Assembly (NCBI RefSeq): GCF_004010195.1
Contig: NC_057720.1
Span: 8,486,164 to 8,550,163, forward strand
Reading direction: 5' to 3'
Source: Chiloscyllium plagiosum
Taxonomy: Eukaryota
Length of the DNA: 64,000 nucleotides
The notes under the pieces are model-generated. The model was not told the origin of the DNA. It made no database searches and worked only from the letters and a program-made list of their open reading frames with translations. Both the position numbers and the translations under genes were made by a program. Below are positions 24,313 to 36,172 of this stretch, in pieces. Each line of letters starts with the position of its first letter. The stretch's first letter is position 1.

Positions 24313-26604
24313 CAAGTTTTGCATTTCTTGCGGTTGCAGGGGAAGATGCCGGGAGTGGAGGTTGGGTTGGTGGGGGGTGTGGACCTGATGAGGGAGTCGC
24401 GGAGGGAGTGGTCTCTCCGGAACGCTGATAGGGGTGGGAGGGAAATATATCATTGGTGGTGGGATCTGTTTGGAGGTGGCGGAAATGACGGCGGATGATA
24501 CGATGTATCCGGAGGTTGGTGGGGTGGAAGGTGAGGACCAGTGGGGTTCTGTCCTGGTGGCGATTAGAGGGGCGGGGTTCAAGGGCGGAGGTGCGGGAAG
24601 TTGAGGTGATGCGGTGGAGAGCATCGTCGACCACGTTGGAGGGGAAATTGCGGTCCTTGAAGAAGGAGGCCATCTGGGTTGTTCGGTATTGGAATTGGTC
24701 CTCCTGCGGCAGAGGCGAAGGAATTGGGAATATGGGATGGCGTTTTTACAGGGGGCCGGGTGGGAGGAGGTGTCATCTAGGTAGCTGTGGGAGTTGGTCA
24801 GTTTGTAGCAAATGTCTGTGTTGAGTCGGTTGCCCGAGATAGAAATGGAGAGGTCTAGGAAGGGGAGGGAGGAGTCTGAGATGGTCCAGGTAAATTTGAG
24901 GTCGGGGTGGAAGGTGTTAGTAAAGCGGATGAACTGTTCAACCTGTTCGTGGGAGCACGAGGTAGCGCCAATATAATCATCGATGTAGCGGAGGAAAAGA
25001 TGGGGGGTGGTGCCAGTGTAGCTGCGGAAGATGGACTGTTCCACATATCCGACGAAGAGGCAGGCATAGTTGGGGCCCATACGGGTGCCCATGGCTACTC
25101 TGTTGGTTTCGGGGAAGTGGGAGGATTGGAAGGAGAAGTTGTTAAGAGTGAGGACCAGTTCAGTCATTCGAAGGAGGGTGTCAGTGGAAGGGTACTGGTT
25201 GGGTCGGCGGGAGAGAAAGAAGTGGAGGGCTTGGAGGCCTTCATGATGGCAGATGGAAGTGGAGAAGGACTGGATGTCCAGCGTGAAGATAAGGCGTTGG
25301 GTTGTGGAAGCAAAAATCATGGAGGAGGAGAAGGGCGTGGGTGGTGTCCCAAACGTAGGGAGTTCTTGGACTAAGGGGGACAGGACAGTGTTGAGGTATG
25401 CAGAGATGAGTTCAGTGGGGCAGGAGCAGGCTGAGACAATGGGTCGGTCGGGGCAGTCGATTGTGGATTTTGAGCAGGAGGTAGAAATGGGCGGTGCGGG
25501 GTTGTGGGACTATGAGGTTGGAGGCGGTGGATGGGTGATCCCCTGAGATGATGAGGTTATGGATGGTCTGGGAGATGATGGTTTGGTGGTGGGAGGTGGG
25601 GTCATGGTCAAGGGGGCCGTAGGAGGAGGTGTCCGCGAGTTGGCATCTAGCTTCAGCGGTGTAAAGATCAGTGCGCCAAACCCCTCCCTCCCCTTCCTCG
25701 ACCTCTCCATTTCTATCTCGGGCGACCGACTAAACACAGACATTTACTACAAACCGATCGACTCCCACAGCTACCCAGATTACACCTACCCCCCACCCTG
25801 CCCCCTGTAAAATCGCCATCCCACATTCCCAATTCCTTCGCCTCCGCCGTATCTGCTCCCAGTAGGATCAATTCCACTACCGAACAGCCCAAAAGGCCTC
25901 CTTCTTCAAAGACCGCAATTTCCCCTCCAACGTGGTCGACAATGCTCTCCACTGCATCACCTCCACTTCCCGCACCTCTGCCATTGAACCCCACCCCTCC
26001 AATCGCCACCAGGACAGAACCCCACTGGTCCTCACCTTCCACCCCACCAACCTCCGGATACATTGAACCATCCTCCGTCACTTCCGCCATCTCAAAACAG
26101 ACCCCAGCACCAGGGATATATTTCCCTCCTGTCCCCTATCAGCATTCCGGAGAGACCACTCCTTCCTCGACTCCCTCGTCAGGTCCACACCCCCCACCAA
26201 CCCAACCTCGACTCCTGGCACCTTCCCCTGCAACCACAAGAAGTGCAAAACTTGTGCCTACACCTCCCCCCTCACCTCCCTCCAAGGCCCCAAGGAATCC
26301 TTCCATATCCGTCACAAATTCACCTGCACCTTCACAAACTTCATTTACTGCATCCACTGCACCCGATGTGGTCTCCTCTACATTGGGGAGAAAGGCCGCC
26401 TACTTGTGGAAAGTTTCAGGGAACACCTCTGGAATACCCGCACCAACCAACCCAACCGCCCCGTGGCGGAACACTTTAACTCCCCCTCCCACTCCGCCAA
26501 GGACATGCAGGCCCTTCTTCCACCTATCGTATTCCCAGCACCCCTCCCCCAAATACCCCCCTCCCACCTTTTACCTCAGCCTGCTTAGCACACCAGCCTC
26601 ATTC

Positions 26605-26632
26605 CTGAAGAAGGGCGTATGCCCGAAACGTC
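26605..26632 (+). ncRNA. Minimal type I hammerhead ribozyme core (family A)
   Basis: CUGAAGA-A-GGGC-guau-GCCC-GAAAC-GUC. Confidence 0.8.
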
Positions 26633-27669
26633 GATTCTCCTGCTCCTTGGATGCTGCCTAACCTGCTGCTCTGTACACAATGTGGCCTAACTAATGTTTT
26701 ATACAGTTGCAACAACTTGCCAACTTTTATACGTAATGCCCCGACTGATGTAGGTATGCATCATTTGCCTTGTTTACCATCTTATCCTCTTCTGTTGCAA
26801 CTTTCAGGGAGCTATGGATTTTCACCCGCAAGATCCCTCTAGATATCAATGCTCCTGACATTCACTGTATGCCTTTCTCAAATGCCAATAGCATGCGGGA
26901 TACCACCTTTTTATTCAAAATCTGCTTAAGTAAAACAGTTGAGTATAAATTCTCCAGCTGCTGCAGGGGTGTGATATGAACTCCTGTTTCTGGATCATTA
27001 GTGCAGGCTGGTGAATTGCTAGTCCAGTCACATAACCACTCTGCTCATTCACTTTGTAAAAACTGGTGTTCGGCAGTGTACTGGTTATGCTACTTGACTA
27101 GTAATTCAGCTATAACTGGCCCAAAGGAAGATTACAAAATGTGTGACTATACTTAGAACATAATTCAATGGTTGGAGTGCTTTGAGACATCCCAAGGGCG
27201 TGAAATATAAATGTTACTGGTTTCGCGTCTTCTAAGCTTGTGCAAGCCACCTGATTCTTGTATCAATCACAGTGTTGATTCTATAATGCATCCCAAACAG
27301 AAAGGAGAACCAAGACTGAATTGTATTTCAGTGAGCTGGTTGGAGGAGCATGTTGCATCATATCAAGAACGAAGGGGAGGTCACCCTCGTGATTGAAAAG
27401 ACAATGGATTCAAATTTGATGGATATCAATCGTTTGAAGAATGGAAATCTGATCACATAATGGATTTCAGAAAATAATTCTCCAACTATTTTTCTCCCAT
27501 CCATCTTTAGTTTTTCTCTGTTTTCTGTCCTCATTGAGAAGACTAAATGTCTCTTATAAGAAACAAATCCTTTGAGTAGAGGAGTTGGGAAGTCATGTTG
27601 AGATTTCCATTTTGGGCCAAAGGCCCCATTTCCATGCTGTAATACTCTATGACATTGATGAGGCTTCTT

Positions 27670-27955
27670 AGGTTCCTCACAGTGTGGAAGCAGGCCATTC
27701 AGCCCATTGAGTCCACCCTAACACTCTGAAGAGCATTCCACCCAGTCCCTGTAACCCTGCATTTTCCAATGGCCAACCCAACTAACCTGCACATCTTTGG
27801 GCTATGGGGGAAAATCAGAGCACCCAGAGGAAACCCACATAGACACAGGGAGAACTTACAAACTCCACACAGACAGTCACTCAAGGCTGGAATCGAACCT
27901 GGGCCCCTAGCACGGTAAGGCAGCAGTGCTAACCAAGGAGTCACCATGCCGCCCA
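27670..27955 (-). mobile_element. HE1-type V-SINE
   Basis: Reverse complement ggcggcatggtgactcc...ggttagcactgctgcc...ggttcgattcc. Flanked by CR1 fragments (~27560-28355). Confidence 0.9.
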
Positions 27956-29149
27956 AACTCTCTGGAATGCTGTGTCCAGTTCTGGTCACCCAGTTATAGG
28001 AAGGATATTATTAAGCTGGAGTGAGTTCAGAAGTTATTTACTAGGATGTTGCCAGATATGGAAAATTTGAGTTATAAAGAAAGGCTGGGACTTTTGTCTC
28101 TGGAACTTAGGAGACTGAGGGTTGACTTATAGAGGTTTATAAAATCATGAGGGGTATAGATAGAATTGATGATAGATGTCTTTTCTCTGGGTTGGGGACT
28201 TTCAAGACTAGGGGCACATTTTTAAGGTAAGAGCAGAAAGATTTTAAACAGACGTGAAGGGCACATTTTTTTACACAGAGGGTGATTCATGTGTGGAATG
28301 AACTTCCTGAGGAAGTGGTGGATGTGGGTACAATTACAACATTTAAAAGACACTTTGAGGAGCCACCATGTCCTACAAAGATACAAAGATCAAATTAGCA
28401 CAGGAACAAACCCATCACCCCAACAAGACTGCACTAACACATGTCTTTCTAAACTAAAATCAATACACATCCACGCAGTCTGTATCCCTGTAAATCCTAT
28501 CTATCCATATATCGATTAAGATGTCATTTAAACTTTGCTATTGAATCTGCCTCCACCATTTCTTCTGGCAGCTCATTCCAGGCATCTGTGTAAAAGACTT
28601 GTCCTATCTCCTTTAAACCTATATCTTTTACTTTAGACCTATGTCCCCCTAGTAATTGACATTTCTACCCTGGAAAAAAAAGACTCTGACTATCCATTCT
28701 ATCCATGCCTCTCATAATTTTGCAAACTTCCTTCATGAGGGTTTGCCCTCATCCTTCAACATTCAAGTGAACAAAACTGGTTCCCTCAACTTCTCAATGT
28801 CTACTCTGTCACGAATCTTCAGAAGCTTTGATGTTTCAATAGATTAACAATAAAGCAACACAACAACACTTCAAATTTAGATGGGCTGGTTTGTCCTTTC
28901 TTGTTAGTCATTGTATGGCTGATGCACATTTCTGTTACCATGTCCGAAAGTGATTCACATGAAAAGCAACAACTGTTATTCTGGAAAAGATCCAACAGCC
29001 ATTTTTCATGGATCAAGATTCATTTATGGGATTTTGGTTTTAGCAAGTGGGCCAATTTTTATTGCCCATCTCTAACTGTACTTGATGGGGAAGCTGCCTT
29101 CCTAGAGCACTGTAGTCCATTTCTAGGGAGCATTACTATTACATGAAAG

Positions 29150-30200
29150 AAATATTAGCGGCGTGGCAAATAGTGAGGAGGATATAGATGGGCTGCTCAG
29201 ATGGGCTCATTCATGGTAAATGTCTGAATTCTGTCTGGATAAATGTGAGATATTACATTTGGCAGGACAAGGAAAAAGAAATTGATGATTAGTAGTACCC
29301 TGAGAAATACTAAAGGTCAGAGAAACGTTAGTGTGCATGTATACCTTAAGACATCAGAGTCAAGATCAGAGTGGGGCTGGAAAAGCACAACAGGTCAGAC
29401 AGCATCCAAGGAGCAGGAAAATCAACGTTTCAGGCAAAAGCCCTTCATCAGGAATGATGAAGGTAATTCCTGATGAAGGGCTTTTGCCTGAAACGTTGAT
29501 TTTCCTGCTCCTCAGATGCTGCCTGACCTACTGTGCTTTTCCAGCACTACTCTAATCTTGACTCTAATCTCCAGCATCTGCAGTACCCACTTCTACCTGC
29601 CTTAAGACATAGGGCAAGTGGATAAAGTAGTTAAGAAGACGTGTGGGATACTTGCCTTTATTAGCTAAGGTGTTTGGTTTAAGAGTGGGACGTTATGCTG
29701 GAACGACTTAAAACGTTTATTAGGCCACAGCAAGAATATTGTGCAGAGTTCCGAAATCCACATCAATGAGAGGATACGGAGGAGGTTTACCAGGATGTTA
29801 TCTGGCCTGGAGAGCTTCAGGTATGAAGAGAGAATGGGCAGACTTGAATTGTTTCCCTTAGAGCAGAGAGGGAGCATGGTTGAGATGTGTAAAGTTATAA
29901 AGGGCTTACATAGGGCAGAGAGGAAGAAACTTTTCACTTTGATGGAGGGATCAATGACTGGTAGCATAGATATAAGGCAAGGGGCAGAGATTTTAGAGGA
30001 GATTTGAGGAAAATGTGTTTTCACCCAGAGAGTAGTGGGAAACCAGAACTCACTGCCTATATGGAAGGTAGAGGAAGAAACTGTCATCACATTTAAGAAG
30101 TATTTCAATGTGCACTTGCAATGCCAAGTGATACAAGGCTCTGGACCAAGTGCTGGGAAAGGAGATTAGAATAAGAATATTTTTCTGGGCTGTAAATCCC
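29150..30200 (+). mobile_element. CR1 3' portion, interrupted by a PLE palindrome
   Basis: RRRFTRMLSGLESFRYEERMGRLELFPLEQR. Confidence 0.85.
29355..29599. mobile_element. Palindromic PLE-derived mini element, family A, with two hammerhead cores
   Basis: Arms of ~100 bp inverted around a short spacer. Cores at 29424-29451 (-) and 29470-29497 (+), both CUGAUGA-A-GGGC-uuuu-GCCU-GAAAC-GUU. TSD ccttaagacat (29344-29354, 29600-29610). Confidence 0.9.
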
Positions 30201-30262
30201 TATAAATGTGTAGTATGAATGATATGACAACTGCCATTCAACACAACTACTCTCTGTTATTA

Positions 30263-30359
30263 AAAAACAAAGGGTCAGTTAGACTTGAAACGTCAGCTCT
30301 TTTCTCTCCTTACAGATGCTGCCAGACCTGCTGAGATTTTCCAGCATTTTCTCTTTTGG
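30263..30359 (+). mobile_element. PLE-derived mini element, family C (truncated in the hammerhead)
   Basis: 15-bp TSD tactctctgttatta (30248-30262, 30360-30374); gggtcagttagacttgaaacgtc then cagatgctgccagacctgctg. Confidence 0.85.
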
Positions 30360-30444
30360 TACTCTCTGTTATTAGGTGTTTATGCTCCAATCAAGCCTCC
30401 TCCCCTTATTCCTAAATCTATCATGATGATCCTTTATTCTCCAT

Positions 30445-30684
30445 ACAGGAGAAAGTGAGGATTGCAGATCCTAGAGATCAGAGTTGAAGAGTGTGGCGCT
30501 TGAAAAGGACAGCAGCTCAGGCAGCATCCAAGGAGCAGGAGAGTCAACGTATGAGGCATAAGCTCCTCATCAGGATTGAGGCCCTTCGTTCCCAATGAAG
30601 GTCTTATGCCTGAAACATCGACTCTCCTGCTCCCTGGATGCTGCCTGACTGCCTTCCTTTTCTAATGCCACACTCTTCAACTCC
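30445..30684. mobile_element. Palindromic PLE-derived mini element, family A, degenerate
   Basis: Inverted arms; TSD ttattctccat (30434-30444, 30685-30695). Confidence 0.85.
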
Positions 30685-32633
30685 TTATTCTCCATGTCGA
30701 GCTTCTGCTTAAATGTATGTAGAGGTATTTTACATCAACTAGCTCAGTCATGTTACGAGATGCCTCTGGAGCAGATAGGACTTGAACCCAGGTTTTCCAA
30801 CATAGAGGTAGGGGCACTACCACTGAAACATGAGTGGCCTAAAATGCATTTTATAATATTCAATGCAACCACTGCTTGCATTAAAGTGTTCCACATTCAC
30901 ACCACTCTCTTGATGATGATAATTCTTCTGAATTCTCAAAGGTATTTCACAGCAAAGAATGAGTGATCTTCACCTGATTCTTGGTGACATTGGGGGAGGG
31001 GAGAATGCTGGCCTGGAAGGCAGGGGAACTTCCTATTATATGAATATCATTAATATCTATTTGAACCATTGGTAAAGATGTCATCATTAAATCAAATGGC
31101 ACCACAAAATAAAACCATAAATCAATCAGCACATCCAATATTAATATCATACAATCATGTGTTTCACTGGCTCAGCATAAAATCTTCTAAAAACCAAAAA
31201 TAAATTCTTAAAAAAGGAAGCTTCAGTTCAGCTGCACAACACGAGAGTTATGGTAACCATTTCCAGAAGTACAACAAAGCTTCATTATTGGGGATGCTAA
31301 TTAGATTCGTTAGAGTTCTAAGTTCTAAGATGCTGTGGCATCTTTCTAGTACACAAATTAATAATGCTTCCACCTCAGATTATAATTAATACCATTTCTC
31401 AATGGTGACAGCACTTAAACATATGTATCTCACAAGGTTCAGTGTTTAGTTAGTCATTTGTTACGAAGGCAAGTGACATATTGTTATTCGTCAGGATGCA
31501 TTTCTAACTTTCAGGCAGTGAGCAACCACATAGCAAAAGGTGAACACTTCTGGTGAATAATGGATGCTGCCATTAATTTGGACATAAGTAGAATCCATCT
31601 GTCTCAATTAACTCTGAAATGTATTATTCACGGAACTCAGATAAAACCTAGTCAAATATTTAGCATTTAAAACATGATTATTAATAAACCATACGGATTG
31701 AGTTAGTAAATAATGGGGATCACTACGAATTGATTTAACAAGTACAGGGAGGCAAATGACTGAAAATGATTGAATAACAACATATATTGTCTCAATAGTT
31801 TACTGGGGCATAGCTTGGTCAAGGACAACATATGTAGTAAAATTGTGTTGGATTTATAATTGATGTAAAGACCAAGATATAAATGCAATATGTTATATGC
31901 ATATGATCAAGCTTATAACTAACATAAAAATATGGAATGAGGTAAATTGATTAGAGATGATCTAGTGATAGAACAATGTCAAATGACAAGTATTTTAGTC
32001 AGTCACTCAGGTTTATTGATAACAGAAAACTAAAAGAACAATTGACACCACAAAACAGGTTAATTGCTCGGTAGTACGAAATTTAAACATTGCGAAAAGA
32101 AGACAAGAAATCTAAGCTTTTCATCTTTCATTTATCTAAACTAGGGACGTTAGAAAGAGTCTTGAGAAAAGGCACACCAATTTAGACCACACAAGAGGCT
32201 GCTGATTGGTTGGACTATTGTTGGCGCAGAGATGCAGAAGGGACAGTTAACATTCTATCCTAGCTTGTAGACCAAACAGGAAGACCCATGGGTAGGACAA
32301 CTCCTTGACTAACCAGAATCTACCAGCCTGGTCTGAAAAGCAACCCATTTAGACCCGACTTGAAGTTCTGTGAGCAGATGTGGGCACCACCCCTTAGGAA
32401 GGGTATATTAGCCTTGGAGGGAATATAAAATGGGTTCACAAGAAGGATACTTGGGACTCAGAGGTTAAGTTATGAGGAAAGGTCATACAAAATAGGCCTG
32501 TTTTCTCCAGAATACATAAGATTAATGGGTTATCTGTTAGATGTCTTCAAGATATTAACAGGAAATGGCAGAGTACATAAAGATAAACTATTTCAACTTG
32601 TTGGAGAGTTGAGAGCTGAGGAGATACTTCTAA

Positions 32634-33516
32634 CAAGATGGCAGCTAAGTAGGATACTCCACCTGGAGGTCCTCTGCTCCATCTGTTCTTTTTGTTGTTT
32701 TGTTTTCTCTTTTTAGCAGTTCTGGAGCAGTGTGAGGGGAAGAGAATCCTGATACAGTGCAAGAGGATGGGTCCTGGTGCAACATGAGGGGAAGTGAGTC
32801 CAGGAGAACAGTGAGGGGATGAGTCTTGGTGCAACGTGAGATCCCAGAGCAGAGCGAGGGGGAAATCCCAAGTCCTGGGGCAAAGCGAGGGGAAGGGAGT
32901 CCCAGAGCAGAGCAAGGGAAATCTCGAGTCCCGGAGCAGAGTGAGGGGAAATCCCGAGTCCTGGAGCAGAGTGAGGGGGAATCCTGAGTCCCGGAGCAGA
33001 GTGAGGGGGAATCCCGAGTCCTGGAGCAGAGTGAGGGGGAATCCCGAGTCCCGGAGCAGAGTGAGGGGGAATCCCGAGTCCTGGAGCAGAGTGAGGGGGA
33101 ATCCTGAGTCCTGGAGCAGAGTGAGGGGGAATCCCGAATCCTTGAGGGAAACCCATGAAAGCTTACCTTTGTGCAGCTAAGTGTTGATGCGGAGCAGACT
33201 GGAGGTTTGGTTTGGACCAGGACAGTTGTTGGGCTGAGGCCTGGCGTAGGCAGCCAGACCACGTGTGGAGCTGCAGCTGTTTGAAACTCTTTACTGGACT
33301 GTAATGTCAATCCTTTAACCATCTTATAACTAACTTACTTCTAACTTTTTTTTTGACACTGCACAGAATGCTACTGCTTTTCCTTTTATTCCCTTTTTGT
33401 CTTCAAGATTTGTACCTAAGTACTTGTACCTAAGGTAGCGCCATTAAAGGCAGCCATTGTAAAACCTTTTCACTTTGTTTCTGTACTAGATTACACATGA
33501 CAATAAAGGATATTCA
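32634..33516 (+). mobile_element. Non-autonomous retroposon-like element with internal VNTR, inserted in CR1
   Basis: The CR1 host (~32370-32630) resumes at ~33522. The insert starts caagatggc (YY1-like) and ends cttttcact...cacatgacaataaaggatattc, a LINE-type (Rex/Babar- or L2-like) 3' end. No RT coding sequence. Confidence 0.6.
32720..33142. repeat. 30-bp minisatellite (gtgagggggaatcccgagtcctggagcaga)n
   Basis: Near-identical units start at 32941, 32971, 33001, 33031, 33061, 33091 and 33121 (partial). Progressively degenerate 26-30 bp units extend back to ~32720. Confidence 0.95.
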
Positions 33517-34459
33517 TACTCGAAAAATTAGGGCCAGACCATTCAGGAGAGATGTTAGGAAGCTCTTCCATACACAAGAGTAGTAGAGTTTTGGAACTCT
33601 TCCACAAATGACAGGTGATAATAAAGTTTAGTTGGTAAATAGTGTTATACAGCATGGAAACAGACTCTTTGGCCCAACTCATCCATGCTGACCAGACATC
33701 TCAATCTGGCCTGGTCCCATTGGTTAGCATTTTACCCATAGCCCTCTAAACCCTTCATATACAGATACCCATCCGGATGCCTTTTGAATGTTGCAATTGT
33801 ATTTGCCTCTATCATTTTCTCTGGCAGACGCACACCACTTTCTGTGAGACAAAATTACAGCACAGGTCCTTTTTAAATCTTTCCCTTCTCATCTAAAACC
33901 TATGTTTGGACATAGGTTTGGACTCTACGTTTGGACTCCCCTCTCCTCGGAAAAAGATCTTGGCTATTCACCTCACCCATGCCCCTCATGTTCATGCACA
34001 ATAGATTACTAGCTAACAGAAAATGCTGAAGGTCACAACGGGTCAGTCAGCATCCATGGAGAAAACGCAAGCAAACGTTTTGAGTCTAGATGATTGGACG
34101 CTGATTGACGCGCTGTGATCGCCAGCACTTTTGTTTCCAGCACAGACTCCAGCATCTGTAGTATTTTGATCCGAGGTTGCGAGCTAAGACTGGCTCTTTA
34201 CTCATTACTAAATCCAATTTCGCTTGGACCCTTGTTGTATTGCTGTAGGAAACTATCCTGGACACACCCTAGAAACTCACTGCCTTTCTCAATCTATGTT
34301 AAATTTAAAAACCCCCATTAATACTCCTTTAGCTTTGCTACCCAGTTGACTAATTTCTGCACTTTGACAATCCAGCACTCCAGAACTGCCACTGGAGTGT
34401 CTGTATGTAACTGAACAAAACAAATGCTGGAGATCACAGTGGGTCAGACAGCGTGCATT

Positions 34460-34912
34460 GGAGGAGGTTGCCTGGTGCTAACTATGAAGAGAGGTTGAGT
34501 CGGTTTTCATTAGAAAAAAGGAGATTGAGGAGGGACCTGATTGAGGTATACAAGATCATGAAGGGGATAGAGAGGGTGGATAGAGACAAGCTTTTTCCCA
34601 GGGTGAAGGATTCAATAATGAGAGGTCACGCTTTCAAAGTGAGAGGTGGAAAGTTTAAGGGGATACATGTGGAAGGTACTTCACACAGAGGGTGGTAGGT
34701 GTTTGGAACGTGTTGCCAGCAGAGGCGGTAGAAGCAGGCACGGTAGATTCATTTAAGATGCGTCTGGACAGATGCATGAGTAGGTGGGGAGTAGAGGGAT
34801 ACAGATTCTTAGGAATTGACCAACAGGTTTAGACAGTACATTTGGATCGGCTCAGGCTTGGCGGGCCAAAGGGCCTGTTCCTGGGCTGTAAATTTTCTTT
34901 GTTGTTTGTTCT
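34460..34912 (+). mobile_element. CR1 3' end, (TCTTTGT)-tail subfamily
   Basis: YEERLSRFSLEKRRLRRDLIEVYKIMKG; closely similar to 44055-44527. Confidence 0.9.
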
Positions 34913-35164
34913 TATAATTTTGAGGCTAGATGACTCTTCATCAGTGCATCTGTTCCTAACACCTATTAACAGTTTGAGATCCTTTATTACGCTTCAACTC
35001 CACCCATATGGTCTCCACTGAATGCTTTGCCCTCATTATATCCTCTCTCACCTTTGAACTGATTGTGTTTGTATCCAGTAAGGCTATTCCACCTCCTCTG
35101 CCATTTTCCCTGTCCATCTTGTAAACTTTATAACCTGGTATATAGAACCTGGTCTCAGTCATGG

Positions 35165-35381
35165 GAGAAAGTGAGGACTGCAGATGCTGGAGACCAGAGT
35201 TGAAAAATGTGGTGCTGAAAAAACACAGCAGGCCAGGCAGCATCCGAGGAGCAGGAGAATCGACGTTTCGGGCATAAGCCCTTCTTCTCCTGAAGAAGGG
35301 CTTATGCCCGAAACGTCGATTCTCCTGCTCCTCGGATGCTGCCTGGCCTGCTGTGTTTTTCCAGCACCACATTTTTCAACT
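35165..35381. mobile_element. Near-perfect palindromic PLE-derived mini element, family A
   Basis: Arms of ~95 bp, almost perfectly inverted about 35288. ctggtctcagtcatgg is duplicated at 35149-35164 and 35382-35397. Confidence 0.92.
35290..35317 (+). ncRNA. Minimal type I hammerhead ribozyme core (family A)
   Basis: CUGAAGA-A-GGGC-uuau-GCCC-GAAAC-GUC. The opposite arm is cut inside the CUGA box. Confidence 0.8.
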
Positions 35382-35661
35382 CTGGTCTCAGTCATGGCTG
35401 TGATATCACAATGGCCAATTTGAACTTGCACCTGAAGTTCATTTAACTTATTCTGACACTCCATGCATTCATATATAGAACTATTATTTGGGCTATACAC
35501 TTGTAGCTTGTCCCTCAACCCTGAGATGGAAATGTGTTGCTGGAGAAGCGCAGCAGGTTAGGCAGCATCTATGGAACAGGAGAATCGACGTTTTGGGCAT
35601 TAGCCCTTCCTTCATTCACTTAGTTAGTATTTCTGTCTTTCACCTTAACCAGTACATGTAA

Positions 35662-36172
35662 AGTCATAGAGTCATAGAGATGTACAGCATGGAAACAGAC
35701 CAACTCATCCATGCCGACGAGATATTCCAACCTAATCTAGTCCCATTTGCCAGAACTTGGCCCATATCCCTTTAAATCCTCCCTATTTAAATACCCATTC
35801 AGATGTCTTTTAAATGCTGTAATTGTACCAGTCTCCACTACTTCTGCTGTCAGCTCATGTCATATATGCACCACCCTCTGCATGAAAAAGTTACCCCTTA
35901 GATCCCTTTTATATCTTTCCCCTCTCACCTTAAACCTATGCCCTTTAGCTCTGGATTCCCCCACCTCAGGGAAAAGACTCTGTCTATTTACCCTACCCAT
36001 GCCCCTCATGATTTTATAAACCTCTATAAGGTCATCCCTCAGCCTCTAATGTTCCAGGGAAAACAGCCCCAGCCTGTTCAGCCTCTTCCTATAGCTCAAA
36101 CGCTCCAACCCTGGTAACATCCTTGTAAATCTTTTCTAAGCCTTTTCAAATTTCACAACATCCTTCCTATAG
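35662..36172 (-). mobile_element. CR1 (HER1-like) 3' portion
   Basis: Tail gtcatagagtcatagag; reverse complement of the copy at 39301-40226. Confidence 0.9.

Larger units (their letters stand above)
23838..26672. mobile_element. Head-to-head Penelope-like (Neptune-type) insertion: minus arm ~23838-25681, plus arm ~25682-26672
   Basis: The minus arm encodes RT (VAMGTRMGPNYACLF, FLRYIDD, LPFLDL). The plus arm restarts at LPFLDL and runs through GIY-YIG. gtacacaatgtgg is duplicated at 23825-23837 and 26673-26685. Confidence 0.92.
34955..35520 (-). mobile_element. CR1 ORF2 endonuclease fragment, interrupted by a PLE palindrome
   Basis: NKLNELQVQVQIGHCDITAMTET / YIPGYKVYKMDRENGRGGGIALL..VETIWVEL (APE domain). 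Confidence 0.85.

Noticed and set aside
24118..25320. 400-aa ORF as an intact gene
   Set aside because: It is a PLE RT that shifts out of frame after ~YSQFLRL and is extended artificially through the N gap.
32911..33142. CRISPR-like array
   Set aside because: Units are contiguous with no unique spacers, there are no cas genes, and the context is vertebrate.
32645..33322. 225-aa repeat protein (SPSLCSRTRD)n and overlapping ORFs
   Set aside because: A by-product of a stop-free 30-bp minisatellite that is open in several frames on both strands.
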